This document shows positions 39,747 to 54,060 of a stretch of 64,000 nucleotides of DNA, piece after piece (the stretch's first letter is position 1; every line of letters starts with the position of its first letter). The notes beneath the pieces are model-generated. The model was not told the origin of the DNA, made no database searches, and saw nothing but the letters and a program-made list of their open reading frames with translations. The DNA is from Octopus vulgaris (Eukaryota): positions 1 to 64,000 of the forward strand of contig CATOCA020000016.1 of assembly GCA_951406725.2 (NCBI GenBank), given 5' to 3'. The position numbers and the translations under genes were made by a program.

Positions 39747-40215
39747 CATGTTAACAGAAGTCACACACACACACACATACACACACACACACATTCACAC
39801 AAACGCACTCACATACACACATTACATTAAATTCTCATAGTCACATACATATAGATATTATCTCTGAACTCCCATGATTCCCTCTAACCTCTCCTAAATC
39901 TATGGCCTTGCTCTGTCCTCTCTTAGATTCGTTCTAAGAGTAATGTTTCATGTTATTAATTCATCAACTTTAAAACTGTCTCACAAGTTATATTCTCTCA
40001 AAAGCCACTTGCTCTGATTGCAATCTAAAGAAAGTCCATTGATGCATGTGCACACACGGACACACAGAGACAAAAATCACACAGACACACATGCATATAT
40101 ATATGTGCGTGTGTGAATGTAAAGTATTTAATGTATTTAATATATATATTTATAAGCTTGTGTGTCTGTATATATATATAAATAAATGTAAATATAAAAT
40201 ACTTATACTTTACAC

Positions 40216-40257
<42 letters not shown>

Positions 40258-40366
40258 TTATATGTGTACATATGTATATATATCTATGTATATATATATA
40301 TATGTATGTATACGTATATACGAGTATATATGTGTGTGTGTATATATATATATATACTCATACACA

Positions 40367-40445
<79 letters not shown>

Positions 40446-41322
40446 GGATTGATAGATAGATGAGCAGATCTAGATATAGAAGACAAACGCACCTGAAGCT
40501 GGACAGTATAATGTTAGTTAAGCTAAGCGTGATAGTTAATCACTAAAAGAGCACAACGTCTCTACCAATAGGTGCACAGCTTTATTCCAGCGAATTAAAT
40601 AAACGGAAAGAATGGATCTGCATTATATCACACAGAGGAAATATGGAATATTTACCACAAGTTACTTCGATAGATATATAGATGTTTCGCCGATAATTCA
40701 ATTCTTCAGCCAGTGTTGAACTGAAAGTAGCCATTTGTTTAGCCTCTTCGTATACTGAACAGAAGTTGTTATATATAAATTTACGTAACCGTTTCAACAA
40801 CTAACAAATTCTAAGACCCCGTCATATCTGTTTATACTGTGTTGAAGACCCTGGGGAGATGCCTATTTTTAAGTAATTTTTTTTACATCTCATTTTCTTT
40901 TCTCAGCAAAAATGTAACAAAATGCGATGAAATTCCAACAAAAAAAAAGAAAAAAAAGGGCGAGCACATTTATGATGAAAGGCATGATCATCCGGTTATT
41001 ATAAGTTAGATTTTTCCGCTCAGTCTTATGAGGCCCTATTATCGAAAGTCTCCTTCCACCTTTATAGCACCACGGGGTGTATGTTGAAGAAGCATAGGAA
41101 GCTCATTCGTTGCCCTGTAAGATGCTGATCTGCTTTTGTTCTTGTAGATGCTGATGGCACAGGGATAGCAATTTTACATAGGTATATAATACATACACAC
41201 ACACACGCACGTACAAGCACACTCACGCACACTCACCCTCATATGTATATATATATATATAAACACACACATATATATATACGTATATTTGTATATACAT
41301 GTAGATGTATATACATATTCGA

Positions 41323-41720
41323 CGCACTTTCCCTCTACTTTTCCAACACCACCGTCCTCACAGGCACCCATCATCGTCCCTATCATGTCACCGACTCCTT
41401 TACTTGCACTTCTCGCAACGTCATTTACTGAATCTCCTGCTCTTTCTGTCCTTCTCTGTACATCGGTCAAACGAGACGCCGCTTAGCTGACCAGTTCGCG
41501 AAGCACCTCCGAGACGTCAGACTCAGCAATGACACCCCGGTCTCACGCCATTTCCGCTCTATCGGTCATTCACTACAACACCTGTCTGTGTTCGGATTAT
41601 CTTTGCACAGATTTAATCTATCTTCGCTCCTTTGCGCCACATGGGCTCACATCTCCTCCTCTCTTCATCTGACACCAACTTCCTCACTTCCTCTAACACC
41701 CACTTCCTCTCTTTACTCCT
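41323..41720 (+). pseudogene. Penelope-like GIY-YIG endonuclease fragment (same family as 24655-24900)
   Basis: DSFTCTSRNVIY*ISCSFCPSLYIGQTRRRLADQFAKHLRDVRLSNDTPVSRHFRSIGHSLQHLSVFGLSLH. Confidence 0.88.
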
Positions 41721-41761
41721 ACCCACCTTCTACTCTTCATTGCTACCTCCTCTTATCATGG

Positions 41762-42408
41762 CAGAAAGTGTAAGGAGAGGAAAGTATGAAACGTACACAA
41801 GTGTACGAGTGGTTCAGACGTTCCCAAGATGGCGGTAAAAATGTCAATATTGACGGACGTCCTGGAAGACCTCCAACCAGCAGAACTGAGAAAAACATCG
41901 CTGAAGTGCATGCAGCTGTGAGGGGAAATTGTCGAATTACCACCCGTAAATTATCAGAGGATGTGCAGATAAGTTACGGTTCAGTTCAGTCCATTATCGC
42001 TGAAGATTTGGTTATGAGTCGCGTGTCTGTCAAGTTTGTACCAAAACTGCTTTAAGTTGACCAAATGGACACTCGGCTTTCAGTTGCACAAGATCTTGAT
42101 TGTGTCCAGAACGATGAAAACATTTTGAAAACTTTGCGTAGGCCTCTGAGCAGGTATCACCGAACTTTTGGTTAAATTTGGTGCAGATTTTCTGCTCAAC
42201 TGTCTCTGTCATGGTCAATGCGACGATCACACGCTACATACCTTCCTTCCAAGTACTGCTGTAAACAGCGGAAATGAGCTAGAGGTTTAAAACTCAGTTC
42301 ACATGCAGAGCAGAGTTCACGATCAATCTGTGACAAGCGGCTTCATTCTGCATGCTTTAGCTTCGTTATTATGGCAACAGTCCGGATACTTATTGATCAG
42401 ACCACGTA
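41762..42408. mobile_element. Mariner relic with internal inversion
   Basis: Minus: TIR-like tacgtggtctgatcaataagtatccggact then MTETVEQKICTKF..GDTCSEAYAK; plus: QKV*GEESMKRTQVYEWFRR..GRPGRP..KFVPKLL. Confidence 0.85.
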
Positions 42409-42947
42409 TATATAAATATGTATATAAGTATATATATGCCTATATATATGTGAATATATCTGTGTATAAATATGTATATATGAATACATATTATGTATGT
42501 ATATATATATATATATGTATCTATCTTTCTATTTATATTCATATATATATATATATATACATGCATGTATATATATGTGTGTGTATATATGTGCGTACTT
42601 CGCTTAATTACATTCCTTTTAAGATAAACAATTTTCTACTCTTCCCTTTAGAACAATACCAATTTGCTTCTGATTACGTGCTCAATATTAGTTTTGTTTC
42701 GACAGAAAAAGAATATACTAACGCGGGATGTCTATAATCTAGAAGTGAAGATAGAAAAAAGACTGCGTAACACGCGAAAAAGAATGAAACTCCTTGAAGA
42801 GGCAAATCTCGCATTTTACTTTGTTTCATTTGTTATTATTTCTGTTTTACTTGGTTTATGCTGAAACTGTTGTGTTCTAATGAAAGCCAGATGTACATTT
42901 CGTTGCTAACCATTATCTCTTTCTCCTCCCCGCTCTCACTCTTCGTA

Positions 42948-43560
42948 TATTAGGTCGGAAAACAACTCCTGTCGCATTTTTGGCATGATCACTTTGAAGA
43001 TAGTTTTTTACTACTTGCAGTAAAATAAGCATTAATTTTTATAGCGTTTTTACAGCTTTCTTCTCTCTCTCTCTCTTTTTTTTTGTAGAATACGTTATAA
43101 TATAGTGGTTAAATTCGAATCTATTTCACACTTTTAAAATGAGTTTAGATCAGGCTCATATCAGACACACTACACGCTGTATAAATTCAAAAGAGGCTCT
43201 CCAGCACGAAGCGTCAAGAAATTTTTCACTCTGTTTATTGAAATGAAGTTTCAAGTGTGCTGAGATGTCAACGATGTTTTGATGAGTTTCGCTCAGGAAA
43301 TTTTTCTCCCGCAGATTCCTCTCAATGTGGACGATATCAATTTACTAAGTATTAAGCTTCTAGAAACCGTGGTGGAGGAAAAAATCGACAGTAAACTGCG
43401 CGAGAATTAACAAAACAGAACAATTTATGTCACACACCGACCATAAAAACATTTCGCGAACTAGAAAAAGTATCTAAACTTGTTTAGAGGGTGTCTCATA
43501 ATTCAATGACTTTTCAGTTTAATCAAAGAGTTCTCTTTTGCCCGTCATTGAAGACTTGCA
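42948..43560 (+). mobile_element. Highly decayed mariner 5' fragment
   Basis: tattaggtcggaaaa TIR-like start; frameshifted HIRH..LYKFKRG..EASRN..CQRCFDEFRSGNFS (Mos1-type HTH). Confidence 0.6.
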
Positions 43561-43639
43561 CCAGAACAAGGTACCAAACCGTAGAGTAAAAAATCCCATT
43601 TTTGCCATGAAATTACAGAACCAGACACTGTAATAACTT

Positions 43640-43780
43640 AGAATTCAAGGATCCACATGGGGTGGACATAGATGTCTTTAAAATAGGACTGGATCTCCTA
43701 CTGCCAAGAGACCCGGTTGGGCCAGCTTCAGGGAAGGAAATACAAATGGAACATCAAACTCGTTCATTCACAAAATGCCA
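43640..43780 (+). pseudogene. Decayed CR1/L2-group LINE C-terminal fragment
   Basis: DPHGVDIDVFKIGLDLLL resembles DLHGVDADVFKVGLDLFL. Confidence 0.7.
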
Positions 43781-44303
43781 ACTATAAAAGGAGGATTAAT
43801 GAAAATGTAACAAAACGAACGACGGTGCCCCACCGTGGCGATACGTCACAATTACACCACTTCTTTCATGCCATAAGTCGGGGAAAGACTAAAGGGAAGC
43901 GGCGAATGATCGGAGTCGGATGATAGCTGGTTCATTCCTTCATGCGGTAACAGTTGTCCGACAATAAATAATCGGCTAGTCACGGGATGACTATTTAGAA
44001 GCTCCTCATCAAAATGTGAACCAATCGGTCACTTACGAAATTATGAATGAACAAATGGTGCAGCCTATAACGAATATAATCACTCTGTATTATGGCAATG
44101 GATCGGTAGAAATGCTACGGCCTTAGACGAAATAAACGGCGGTATTTAGCTGTGCTAGTCTACATTCTGAATTTTAATCCCTACCAAGATTGATAACAAC
44201 AACAACAGTAGTAGTAGTAGTAGTAGTAGTAATGATGATGATGATGATGGTGATGGTGGTGGTGGTGGTGGTGGTGGTGGTGGTGGTGATGATGATGATG
44301 AAG

Positions 44304-44353
<50 letters not shown>

Positions 44354-44359
44354 AATAAT

Positions 44360-45081
44360 ATGTTAACAACAAAAGGAAACCATGGATCATGCTGTCTTCT
44401 TGCGCCTACAGAGTATCTCAACAGGCATATATTCACTGGGTAATTTCCAAAATCCTGGACCTGCTCCATGATAAAAACTGGTGGGAACACAAACTACCTC
44501 CAGTGCTTCAAAATGATTACATCTTACTCCTCTGGAACTTCACCATTGAAACTGACAGAAACACAGATGCAAATAGGCCAGGCATTATATTGAAAGACTT
44601 CAGACAAAGATCATGCCTCCTCATTGATATGACTGTCCCAATCGATATAAACGTATCTGTCAAGACCTACCAAAAACTGAACAAGTATAAAGATCTTGAA
44701 ATAGAAATTAACAAAATGTGGAATCTGAACCCTAAAACAATACCTGTTGTTATGGGCACCCTAGGAATGATAGCAAAAGGGGCTGATTTCTACCTAACTC
44801 AGATACCAGGAAACCCCAAAATGGCTGAAATTCAAAAGATAGTGCTCATGGGAACTGCTCATATCCTACGCAAAATACTTTCTATATAATCTCAAGTTTT
44901 AAAACAAACACAATTTTCGTATGTTTTTTTTTAGACATTCACTAGTACAACACTAAGTACAAAACCAAATATATGGCACCCTAGGCATAACACCAACATG
45001 AACTTCCAACTTGTTGTCTCTTGAGGTCTCTGGGTGAAACTTCGAGCCAACTTGTACAAATGTAAAGCAAAAGTCAAACAT
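44360..45081 (+). mobile_element. 3' end of R4/Dong-like non-LTR element (restriction-like endonuclease, ORF 44389-44889) in (TAA)n/(TGA)n
   Basis: LLWNFTIETD..ANRPGII..CLLIDMTVP..KLNKYKDLEIEINKMW..IPVVMGTLG..IQKIVLMGTAHILR; taataata on both flanks. Confidence 0.88.
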
Positions 45082-45099
45082 ATAATAATAATAATGATG

Positions 45100-45154
<55 letters not shown>

Positions 45155-45345
45155 TAATAATAATGATAAATGCTCTGATGCAGTACTAAGCAGTGGCTCT
45201 CATGACTTTTGATTTTAAATGATTGGAGTGGTATCATGCCTTGGTGGCATTTGAACTTAGAACATAAAGACAGTGAAATGCCGCTAAGCATTTTACCCGG
45301 CGTACTAACAATTCTGGCATCTCGCCACCTTAATAATAATAATAA

Positions 45346-45424
<79 letters not shown>

Positions 45425-45719
45425 CCAGCTATCCACATAATTCCTACCAGGAATAAGACCGAACCTGAGCCAAACCAAAATAATAACAATAATCTTTCTA
45501 CAACAGACACAAACCCTGACATTTTGGAGGTAGGGATATAGTCGAATACATCGACTCCAAGCACACACTTCCATATGACCTGGCTTAGTCGAAGAAGCAT
45601 TATATCCTCTTACACGTCAACTAGAACTTTCTCCAACTTTTTGTTCGTGGTTACTGGGAATCTCTCCTTGGTATTAACATCACAGAGGAATGTAACTTCC
45701 CACCTCTCCTTACTTGGGT

Positions 45720-46104
45720 GTGTGGAAGCACTCCGTCGGTTACGACGATGAGGGTTCCAGTTGATCCGAATCAACGGAACAGCCTGCTCGTGAAATTAAC
45801 GTGTAAGTGGCTGAGCACTCCACAGACACGTGTACCCTTAACGTAGTTCTCGGGGATATTCAGCGTGACACAGAGAGTGACAAGGCCGGCCCTTTGAAAT
45901 ACAGGAACAACAGAAACAGGAAGTAAGAGTGAGAGAAAGTTGTGGTGAAAGAGTACAGCAGGGATCACCACCATCTCCTGCCGGAACCTCGTGGAGCTTT
46001 AGGTGTTTTCGCTCAATAAACACTCACAACGCCCGGTCTCGGAATCGAAACCGCGATCCTATGACCACGAGTCCGCTGCCCTAACCACTAGGCCATTGCG
46101 CCTC
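45720..46104 (-). mobile_element. tRNA-derived SINE (family C tail, different head/body) with target-site duplication
   Basis: A box tggcctagtgg, B box ggtttcgattcc; direct repeat ctccttacttgggt at 45706-45719 and 46102-46115. Confidence 0.88.
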
Positions 46105-46784
46105 CTTACTTGGGTAAAACCCTCTTGTATCGAAGCATGATATTTTTTCTTTCACATATGGAATCGGCTCTTATAATGAGTTCCCTAGAACTCACAACGT
46201 CAGCAAAAATGATGAGTTGCTGACGGTGATGTCGTTAATGTTTTTAATTTAAGTTACCGTTTATAGCAGATTCTTCTTTTTAAAGTTAGTCTGTGAATGT
46301 TTGTGCGTGCAAGTCTGAGTATTTGTTTCGTTGTCAAATTGTCTGCTTTCGTGTCTAAAAAAAAAAAAAAGGTGGGTGTGTTTTATTATTATTATTTTTT
46401 TTTTCGTTTTCCACCACCGTTGCTACCAGCATTGTGACGAATGTCTATTTCTTCTCCCATTGATAGAGTAATTTTTAAACGTGAACAAATCTATAAATGG
46501 CTCCCCGGTAGAAATGTTCAGAGTAAAAAGTAAAATATCCAGACAAAAACCTTTTTTCCAGCTGAAGAAAATGTGGTGAAGGTTAAATAATCCCCCAAAA
46601 AGTTACTTGTCAAGAGCCCAGAATGAAAAATGAACAAAAATCCTTTTTTTTTTTTTTTCAAGTAATCCGTGAAAAATCCCATGAAAATGCTTAGAAGCAG
46701 GAGTTCTATAAACGTGTGCGTCCATGGCAACAACAACAAAAACACTAATAATAATAATAATGATGATGATGATGATGATGATGT

Positions 46785-46837
<53 letters not shown>

Positions 46838-47450
46838 TTGTTGATGATGATGATGATGATGATGATATCTCTAATTCTTTACTCTTCCTATTTCATTCAT
46901 TCATTCATTCATTCATTCTATTCCATTTGTGTCATTCCATCATTCTTTTGGCCTAACTCGTTTCCCCCTCTTGTGCAACTCATTTTCTCCTTTTATCTCT
47001 CATTATATCATCTTTTCTTTTCTTCATCTTCTCATTCGTTCTCATTGACACTTTTTTCTTTTTTTCTTCTTTGCTTCTTTCACTATTCCCCACCCCATCT
47101 GTTTTCATCTGCCTCATTTTTTTTCCTGGCTATTTTTGTTTTTCAGTCTTCCCCATTTTTTTTCACGTGTCTCTCTTTCCTTGTTTCTTGTCACTTGTAT
47201 CTTTAATATTTCTTTTTTTTTTACTATTTTTATTTAACATAGTCTTTCTTCCTCTTCTTTCCCCTTTCTTCAGTTTCTTTTTGTTTCTCTTGGTGCTTGC
47301 TTCGTTGAACTTCTTTTGAAAGTTCTCTCTTTTTTCTGGAAGAGTGCCACAGCTAATTGCTGGTCTTTTTGGCTTTAACTCAATAACTTTGATTTTATTA
47401 TTATTATTATTATCATCATTCTTCTTCTTCTTCTTCTTCTTCTTCTTCTT

Positions 47451-47554
<104 letters not shown>

Positions 47555-47714
47555 GCTGCTGTTGTTTGTTTCGCAGATTACACACAGATGCACACATCAA
47601 AACTCCGTTAATGTAAGTATATATATATAGATGCAGATATATATGTGTACATATATATATGTATATATATAAGTATATATATACGTATATATATATATAT
47701 ATATATATATGTAC

Positions 47715-47768
<54 letters not shown>

Positions 47769-47783
47769 AAATATATATATGTG

Positions 47784-47832
<49 letters not shown>

Positions 47833-47836
47833 TTAA

Positions 47837-48001
47837 GCGCAGAAGTGACTGTGTGATCAGTAGCTTGCTTACCAACCACATGGTTCCGGGTTCAGTCTCC
47901 TACTATGTGCCACCTTGGGCAAGTGTCTTCTACCATAGCATTGAGCCGACGAAAACCTTGTGAGTGGATTTGGTAGACGGAAACCGAAGGAAGCCCGTCG
48001 T
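47837..48001 (+). mobile_element. SINE family A, 5' half ending at its internal microsatellite
   Basis: Colinear with the family A head. Confidence 0.85.
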
Positions 48002-48007
48002 ATATAC

Positions 48008-48040
<33 letters not shown>

Positions 48041-48506
48041 AGATGTATATATATATATATAAAGATATATATATGTGTATATATATATAAAGATATATAT
48101 GTATATATATATATATATATGTATGTATATATATATATCATAAGAAATAAAATAAAAGAAAAGAAGAAATATATATATGTGTGTGTGTATGTGTGTGTGT
48201 GTGTATGTGTGTGTGTGTGTCTATATGAGTTTGAGGTTAAGAAACCATCTGAGGTATATTAATTATCCAATATGCTACTGGAAGTGTACCTACGTATTTA
48301 TAACCAAGTGCTTACTATTCCATGGCAATATCACAATTGAATACTAGGTATGGGTGGAGGTAAATTATAAATTTACCCAGGATTTATAAGGCAAATGGAG
48401 AGGATAAACAATCGACAAACATCAGGCAGTAAACATTCAATTATATCTATTTATTTATTGATTGCAACCATATGTGTAAGTGATTCACGTAAACGAATGA
48501 ATTAAG

Positions 48507-48570
<64 letters not shown>

Positions 48571-48744
48571 GATTAATAGATGTATGTACAAATACTAAAT
48601 TCTTACAGCCGTTTCATCACGCCAGTGATATACAGTAAGTAACAATAAGTAACAATGATAAGATCGCACTAAGGTTTTACCTAATTTTTCTTTCATTGAT
48701 ATATTTTTGTATTAAATTTCCCCTAACAGGTTTAATTTAAGTTA

Positions 48745-48856
48745 TTTCTTATTTCTTTATTGCCCACAAGGGGCGAAACATAGAGGGGACAAACAAGGAC
48801 AGACAAAGGGATTAAGTCGATTACATCGACCTCAGTACGTACCTGGTACTTTTATT
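48745..48856 (-). mobile_element. SINE family B variant, 3' part
   Basis: Matches 51971-52075 and the reverse complement of 61860-61970. Confidence 0.75.
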
Positions 48857-48954
48857 TCCGCCAACTCCTTTTATATCTATTAAATAGCGGTTAGCCTCTA
48901 ACTTCTGACCCCTGTGACATGGACAATACCATTAAACTGACCACATAACACACT

Positions 48955-49100
48955 ACGCTTTCCGGATTTCACACAGTTTCTGTCCACCAAATTCACTCAT
49001 GAATCATTGATCGGTCCGAGGTTATAGTAGAAGACACTTGTGCTGAGTGACTCGCATGTGGTGGCAAAGCAAGCTTCATTAGCCACACAGGCATGCCTGC
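48955..49100 (-). mobile_element. SINE family A, diverged 5' fragment
   Basis: cagtttctgtccaccaaattcactca..tagtagaagacacttg. Confidence 0.7.
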
Positions 49101-49199
49101 ACTTATAATATGTCTACAGGCATAACAGATTCGGTACTTTCAGACACAGTAAGTTGTCGCAGTATTTTGAAATAACTAAGAGAAAAGAGGCTTTTAAGC

Positions 49200-49470
49200 C
49201 ATATACCTGACAAAAAGCTCAGAGAATGACAAAGCATCCATACTCTGAGGTACGCCAATCTACACAGTCAATGAGAACAAGGTCAGTCAATTGGATATTG
49301 TTTCAAGAACCAGAAAGAGAAGTGTCATCTGATCGAATTATCAGCACCAATAGGCGGCGACTGTGTATCTGTCAAAGGAATGGAAAAAAATCAACCAAAT
49401 ATTAGGATTTAAAAATAGAGATAAGACAGGGAAGATTAAAAATAGAAACAATTCTAATAACATGTCTTAA
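49200..49470 (+). pseudogene. Very decayed R4/Dong-like endonuclease fragment
   Basis: KCHLIELSAPI..VSVKGMEK..DLKIEI resembles the 44389-44889 product. Confidence 0.5.
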
Positions 49471-49509
49471 AAGAAAGCATGTGAACAAATCTTAAAAAAA
49501 TTAACATCA

Positions 49510-49918
49510 GCAGGAGTGGCTGTGTGGTAAGTAGCTTGCTAACCAACCACATGGTTCCGGGTTCAGTCCTACTGCGTGGCATCTTGGGCAAGTGTCTTCT
49601 GCTATAGCCCCGGGCTGACCAATGCCTTGTGAGTGGATTTGGTAGACGGAAACTGAAAGAAGCCTGTCGTATATATGTATATATATGTATGTGTGTGTTT
49701 GTGTGTCTGTGTTTGTCCCCCTAGCATTGCTTGACAACCGATGCTGGTGTGTTTACATCCCCGTCACTTAGCGGTTCGGCAAAAGGTACCGATAGAATAA
49801 GTACTGGGCTTGCAAAGAATAAGTCCCGGGGTCGATTTGCTCGACTAAAAGGTGGTGCTCCAGCATGGCCGCAGTCAAATGACTGAAACAAGTAAAAGAG
49901 TAAAAAGAGTAAAGAGAG
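49510..49918 (+). mobile_element. SINE family A, full length
   Basis: caggagtggctgtgtggtaag...gaaacaagtaaaagagtaaa. Confidence 0.92.
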
Positions 49919-50505
49919 CATTTATGATATAGGAATATCAGGATTTATTATACAGAACCCCTAAGATTTTTAATATACACTTCAACGGAGAAAACTGTGC
50001 AACTAAGCAGTGCCCACATATTTGTTCAGTGGTAAAATAAAAAATAAAAAAATTAAAGTAATAAGAAAAAAGAACCACACAAAACTCTGCACTATCTTAG
50101 GAACACATAGTTGTAGGCGATTGCTCAGTGGAAACGCGTAATATGAATAAAACAATTGAAAAATATAAATTAAAACTATTAATATTAATAGGAAATGACT
50201 AAAACGATAAATGAAAATAAAAATAAAAATAGCTCGCAGTTTAAATATATTGTATATTTATAATTCGACTTCCCCTCATTCGTCTCCTCAACCTTCTTCT
50301 CCTCTGCCTTCTCCTGCTCCTCCTCTTCATCCTCTTCAATGTACTGTACAGAAACAACTTAAAAAAACTATCAGCTGCCAATGAATACCAAAGAAACATG
50401 ACGTAAACATAAACTTGAAAACAAATTCTCCACCTCTCTATCAAGATAATAATAATGACGATGATGATGATGAAGATGATAATAATAAAAATAATGATGA
50501 TGATG

Positions 50506-50568
<63 letters not shown>

Positions 50569-50572
50569 GTAA

Positions 50573-50674
<102 letters not shown>

Positions 50675-50676
50675 TA

Positions 50677-50899
50677 GGCGCAGGAGTGGCTGTGTGGTAA
50701 GTAGCTTGCTTACTTTATGGCAAATCTTAATGGCAAATCTTAATGAAATAAAGTAGCTTGCTTACCAACCACATAGTTCCAGGTTTAGTCCCACTGCGTG
50801 GCACCTTGGGCAAGTGTCTTCTATCTTCTACTATAGTCTCGGGCCGACCAAAGCCTTGTGAGTGGATTTGGTAGACGGAAACTGAAAGACGCCGTCGTA

Positions 50900-50930
<31 letters not shown>

Positions 50931-51160
50931 GTGTGTCTGTGTTTGTACCCCCACAACATTGCGTGACAAACGATGCTGGTGTGCTTACGTCCCAGTAACC
51001 TAGCGGTTCAGCAAAAGAGACCGATAGAATAAGTACTAGGCTTACAAAGAATAAATCCTGGGGTCGATTTGCTCGACTAAAGGCAGCGCTTCAGCGTGGC
51101 CGCAGTCAAATGACTGAAACGAGTAAAAGAGTAAAAAAGAGTAAAAAGAGTAAGAGTAAA
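50677..51160 (+). mobile_element. SINE family A in (TAA)n with a small internal insertion
   Basis: Colinear with the family; extra sequence at 50714-50765. Confidence 0.9.
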
Positions 51161-51175
51161 TAATAATAATAATAG

Positions 51176-51251
<76 letters not shown>

Positions 51252-51614
51252 GAAACAGTAATATAAACTAAAACTTAGAGGTAGTCAAGCAACATTAACT
51301 CATACATTCACGTGTACACATGCATGTATGCATGTATGTATATTACCAATAAAATTTACATATACATGCATGCATACATACATACATACATACATACATA
51401 CAAACATACATACATACATACATACATACATACATACATACATACATACATACATACATACATACATACATACATACATACACACACATATATATATATC
51501 ATATAGATGTATGGATACGTACAAATCCTTCGACAAATATAATTATTACACACAGACACACAGACACACACAGCACCACAAAACATAATTAGATCATAGA
51601 ATGGTAGTGAATCT

Positions 51615-51875
51615 TTGTCGTTCGACGATGAAGATTAAGTCGATCGATCTGCTCTTCAATAAACGTGTGAATGGTTGAGCGTTCTGTAGACATCCTTAAC
51701 TCAATTATCTTGTATAATCAGAGTGACATAATGCGTGATACGGGGTATGCGGTTTCCGAGTGCGCAATTTCTCACGCAAGGCTATAGAAATCCCATTTGG
51801 TGAAATTGCAAGCATTGGGATCGAACTCGAGACGCCGTGGTATCGAAGTGAATTCCTTAACCGTTAACTCAAGCA
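51615..51875 (-). mobile_element. SINE family C, highly diverged
   Basis: Weak colinearity with 17434-17757. Confidence 0.5.
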
Positions 51876-51935
51876 TATATGTAAATATATGTGCGTTTGT
51901 GTGTACACACGCACACACACACATACACACACACA

Positions 51936-51969
<34 letters not shown>

Positions 51970-51970
51970 T

Positions 51971-52115
51971 ATTATTTCTTTATTGCCCACAAGGGGCTAA
52001 ACATAGAGGGACAAACAAGGACTGACAAAGGGATAAATCGATTACATCGACCCCAGTGCATAACTGGTACTTAATTTATCGACCCCGAAAGGATGAAAGG
52101 CAAATTCGACCTCGG
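51971..52115 (-). mobile_element. SINE family B variant, 3' part
   Basis: ggtacttaatttatcgaccccgaaaggatgaaaggcaaa.tcgacctcggc. Confidence 0.8.
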
Positions 52116-53153
52116 CTCAAATGCTGGGATCTCATTGGTTAAAATTCGTAGAATTAAACTACGTTAAACTTAGAAATTATAATTTTGTTTTCAATTTTGT
52201 TTACAATAATGTTTTCTTTTGACACATTCTACCAGTATACGAAGTTTCAAATTGTTTAGTTAACTAGAAAATTCCGTCCATCAAAAGGAAAAGATCCCAG
52301 ACACATGTATACATATATATATATATATATATATATGCATACATATACATATATATATGTATACAAAAATATACATATACATAGCACATGCCATACACAT
52401 ATACATATACAAACTCACAAGCTCGCACACAAACGCAATCAGTCTCACACATACACACACACATATGTGTATATCTACGCAAAAATATAGTCTTTCATAT
52501 CTATCCATCCATCCATCCATCCATCCATCCATCCATCCCTTTATAAATATATGTATAAACGAACAAAAATTAAAAAAAAACTCACACATATACGTATACG
52601 CATAAATAAATATATAAATAAATAGATAAATAAATAAATAAATAAATAGATAAATCTAGTTTGCTTAGAACGGAGAAATTCTCTGTTTCTTGATAGAATC
52701 AGTTAGAGCAAAGGGTATGCGAGTCTTTTTATACACTTTTTTTCAAGTAAAAGATGATAGCCGTCGCATATTTACTTCTATTTTTTTCTCCTGCCAAATA
52801 AATAAATATATAAATAAATAAATGTATGAATAAAATTCACGAATTCAGAAGGGGGGAAAGACAAAAACGATCAACAATAAATAAATAAGAATAAAAACAT
52901 GAATAAATACTGGATAAATAGAAAAAGAAAAAAAAAATGAAAGAAAAAAAATCTCAAAATATTCGCTCTGGTCGGTGAGAAATAAAAAAAAATGGTATGT
53001 TTCGCTTTGACTACCTCCTACCTCTCTGTCTGTTGATCTGTCTGACTGCTCTGTCTGACTGCTCTGTCTGTCTGTTTTTTCTACAACTACCAACAACTGC
53101 AGTCGCTGCCACCACCACCACCACCACCACCACCACCATCGCCACCGCCGCCG

Positions 53154-53202
<49 letters not shown>

Positions 53203-53692
53203 AGCAATACTGCCGCCGCCGCCGCCGCTACCACCACCACCACCACTACTATTTCGTCGATATTGTTTTGCTTTCTGTACATGCATATGCACCTGCAATC
53301 GCTCACAGAGCACATACAAACACATCTGTACACACACACGCACAAACACTCACACTCGTAGATGCACGCATGCATGTACAACACACATTCATGTACACAC
53401 ATACACAATCTGAAACAAACACGACAAACCATGCACATAGTACGCAAAAGCACAGAATTATCGCCAACGTCTAAAAGAACTTCTAGGTGGTCTATCAACT
53501 TGTTAGAAATAACTGCCAAAGGACTCTCAAAACCATTCCATACCGTTTCGTGCATGAAGACTCTAAGGTGTTCTTGGAAGGATGGATAAAAATTAGAACC
53601 ACTGATCCCTTATCTTGAATGTGTATTTTAATTACAATGGTGTTGTATCATATTTACCAAACAACTAATGAATGAACTATTATATTTATTTA

Positions 53693-54060
53693 CACCACAT
53701 GGTTCCGGGTTCAGTCCCCACTGCGTGGCATCTTGGGCAAGTGTCTTCTGCTATAGCCCCGGGCCGACCAATGCCTTGTGAGTGGATTTGGTAGACGGAA
53801 ACTGAAAGAAGCCTGTCGTATATATGTATATATATATATATGTGTGTGTGTTTGTGTGTCTGTGTTTGTCCCCCTAGCATCGCTTGACAACCGATGCTGG
53901 TGTGTTTACGTCCCCGTAACTTAGCGGTTCGGCAAAAAAGAGACCGATAGAATAAGTACTGGGCTTACAAAGAATAAGTCCCGGGGTCGAGTTGCTCGAC
54001 TAAAGGCGGTGCTCCAGCATGGCCGCAGTCAAATGACTGAAACAAGTAAAAGAGAGAAAG
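53693..54060 (+). mobile_element. SINE family A, slightly 5'-truncated
   Basis: Nearly identical to 49545-49900. Confidence 0.92.

Noticed and set aside
46040-46104. tRNA gene
   Set aside because: Only a tRNA-derived SINE head with no complete acceptor stem; the same applies to family A heads
48598-48645. Minus-strand atcac/gtgat-GAAA-cggctg-TA next to (TA)n
   Set aside because: Right half looks HHR-like, but the core reads ctgtat and stem I is poor; at most a decayed remnant
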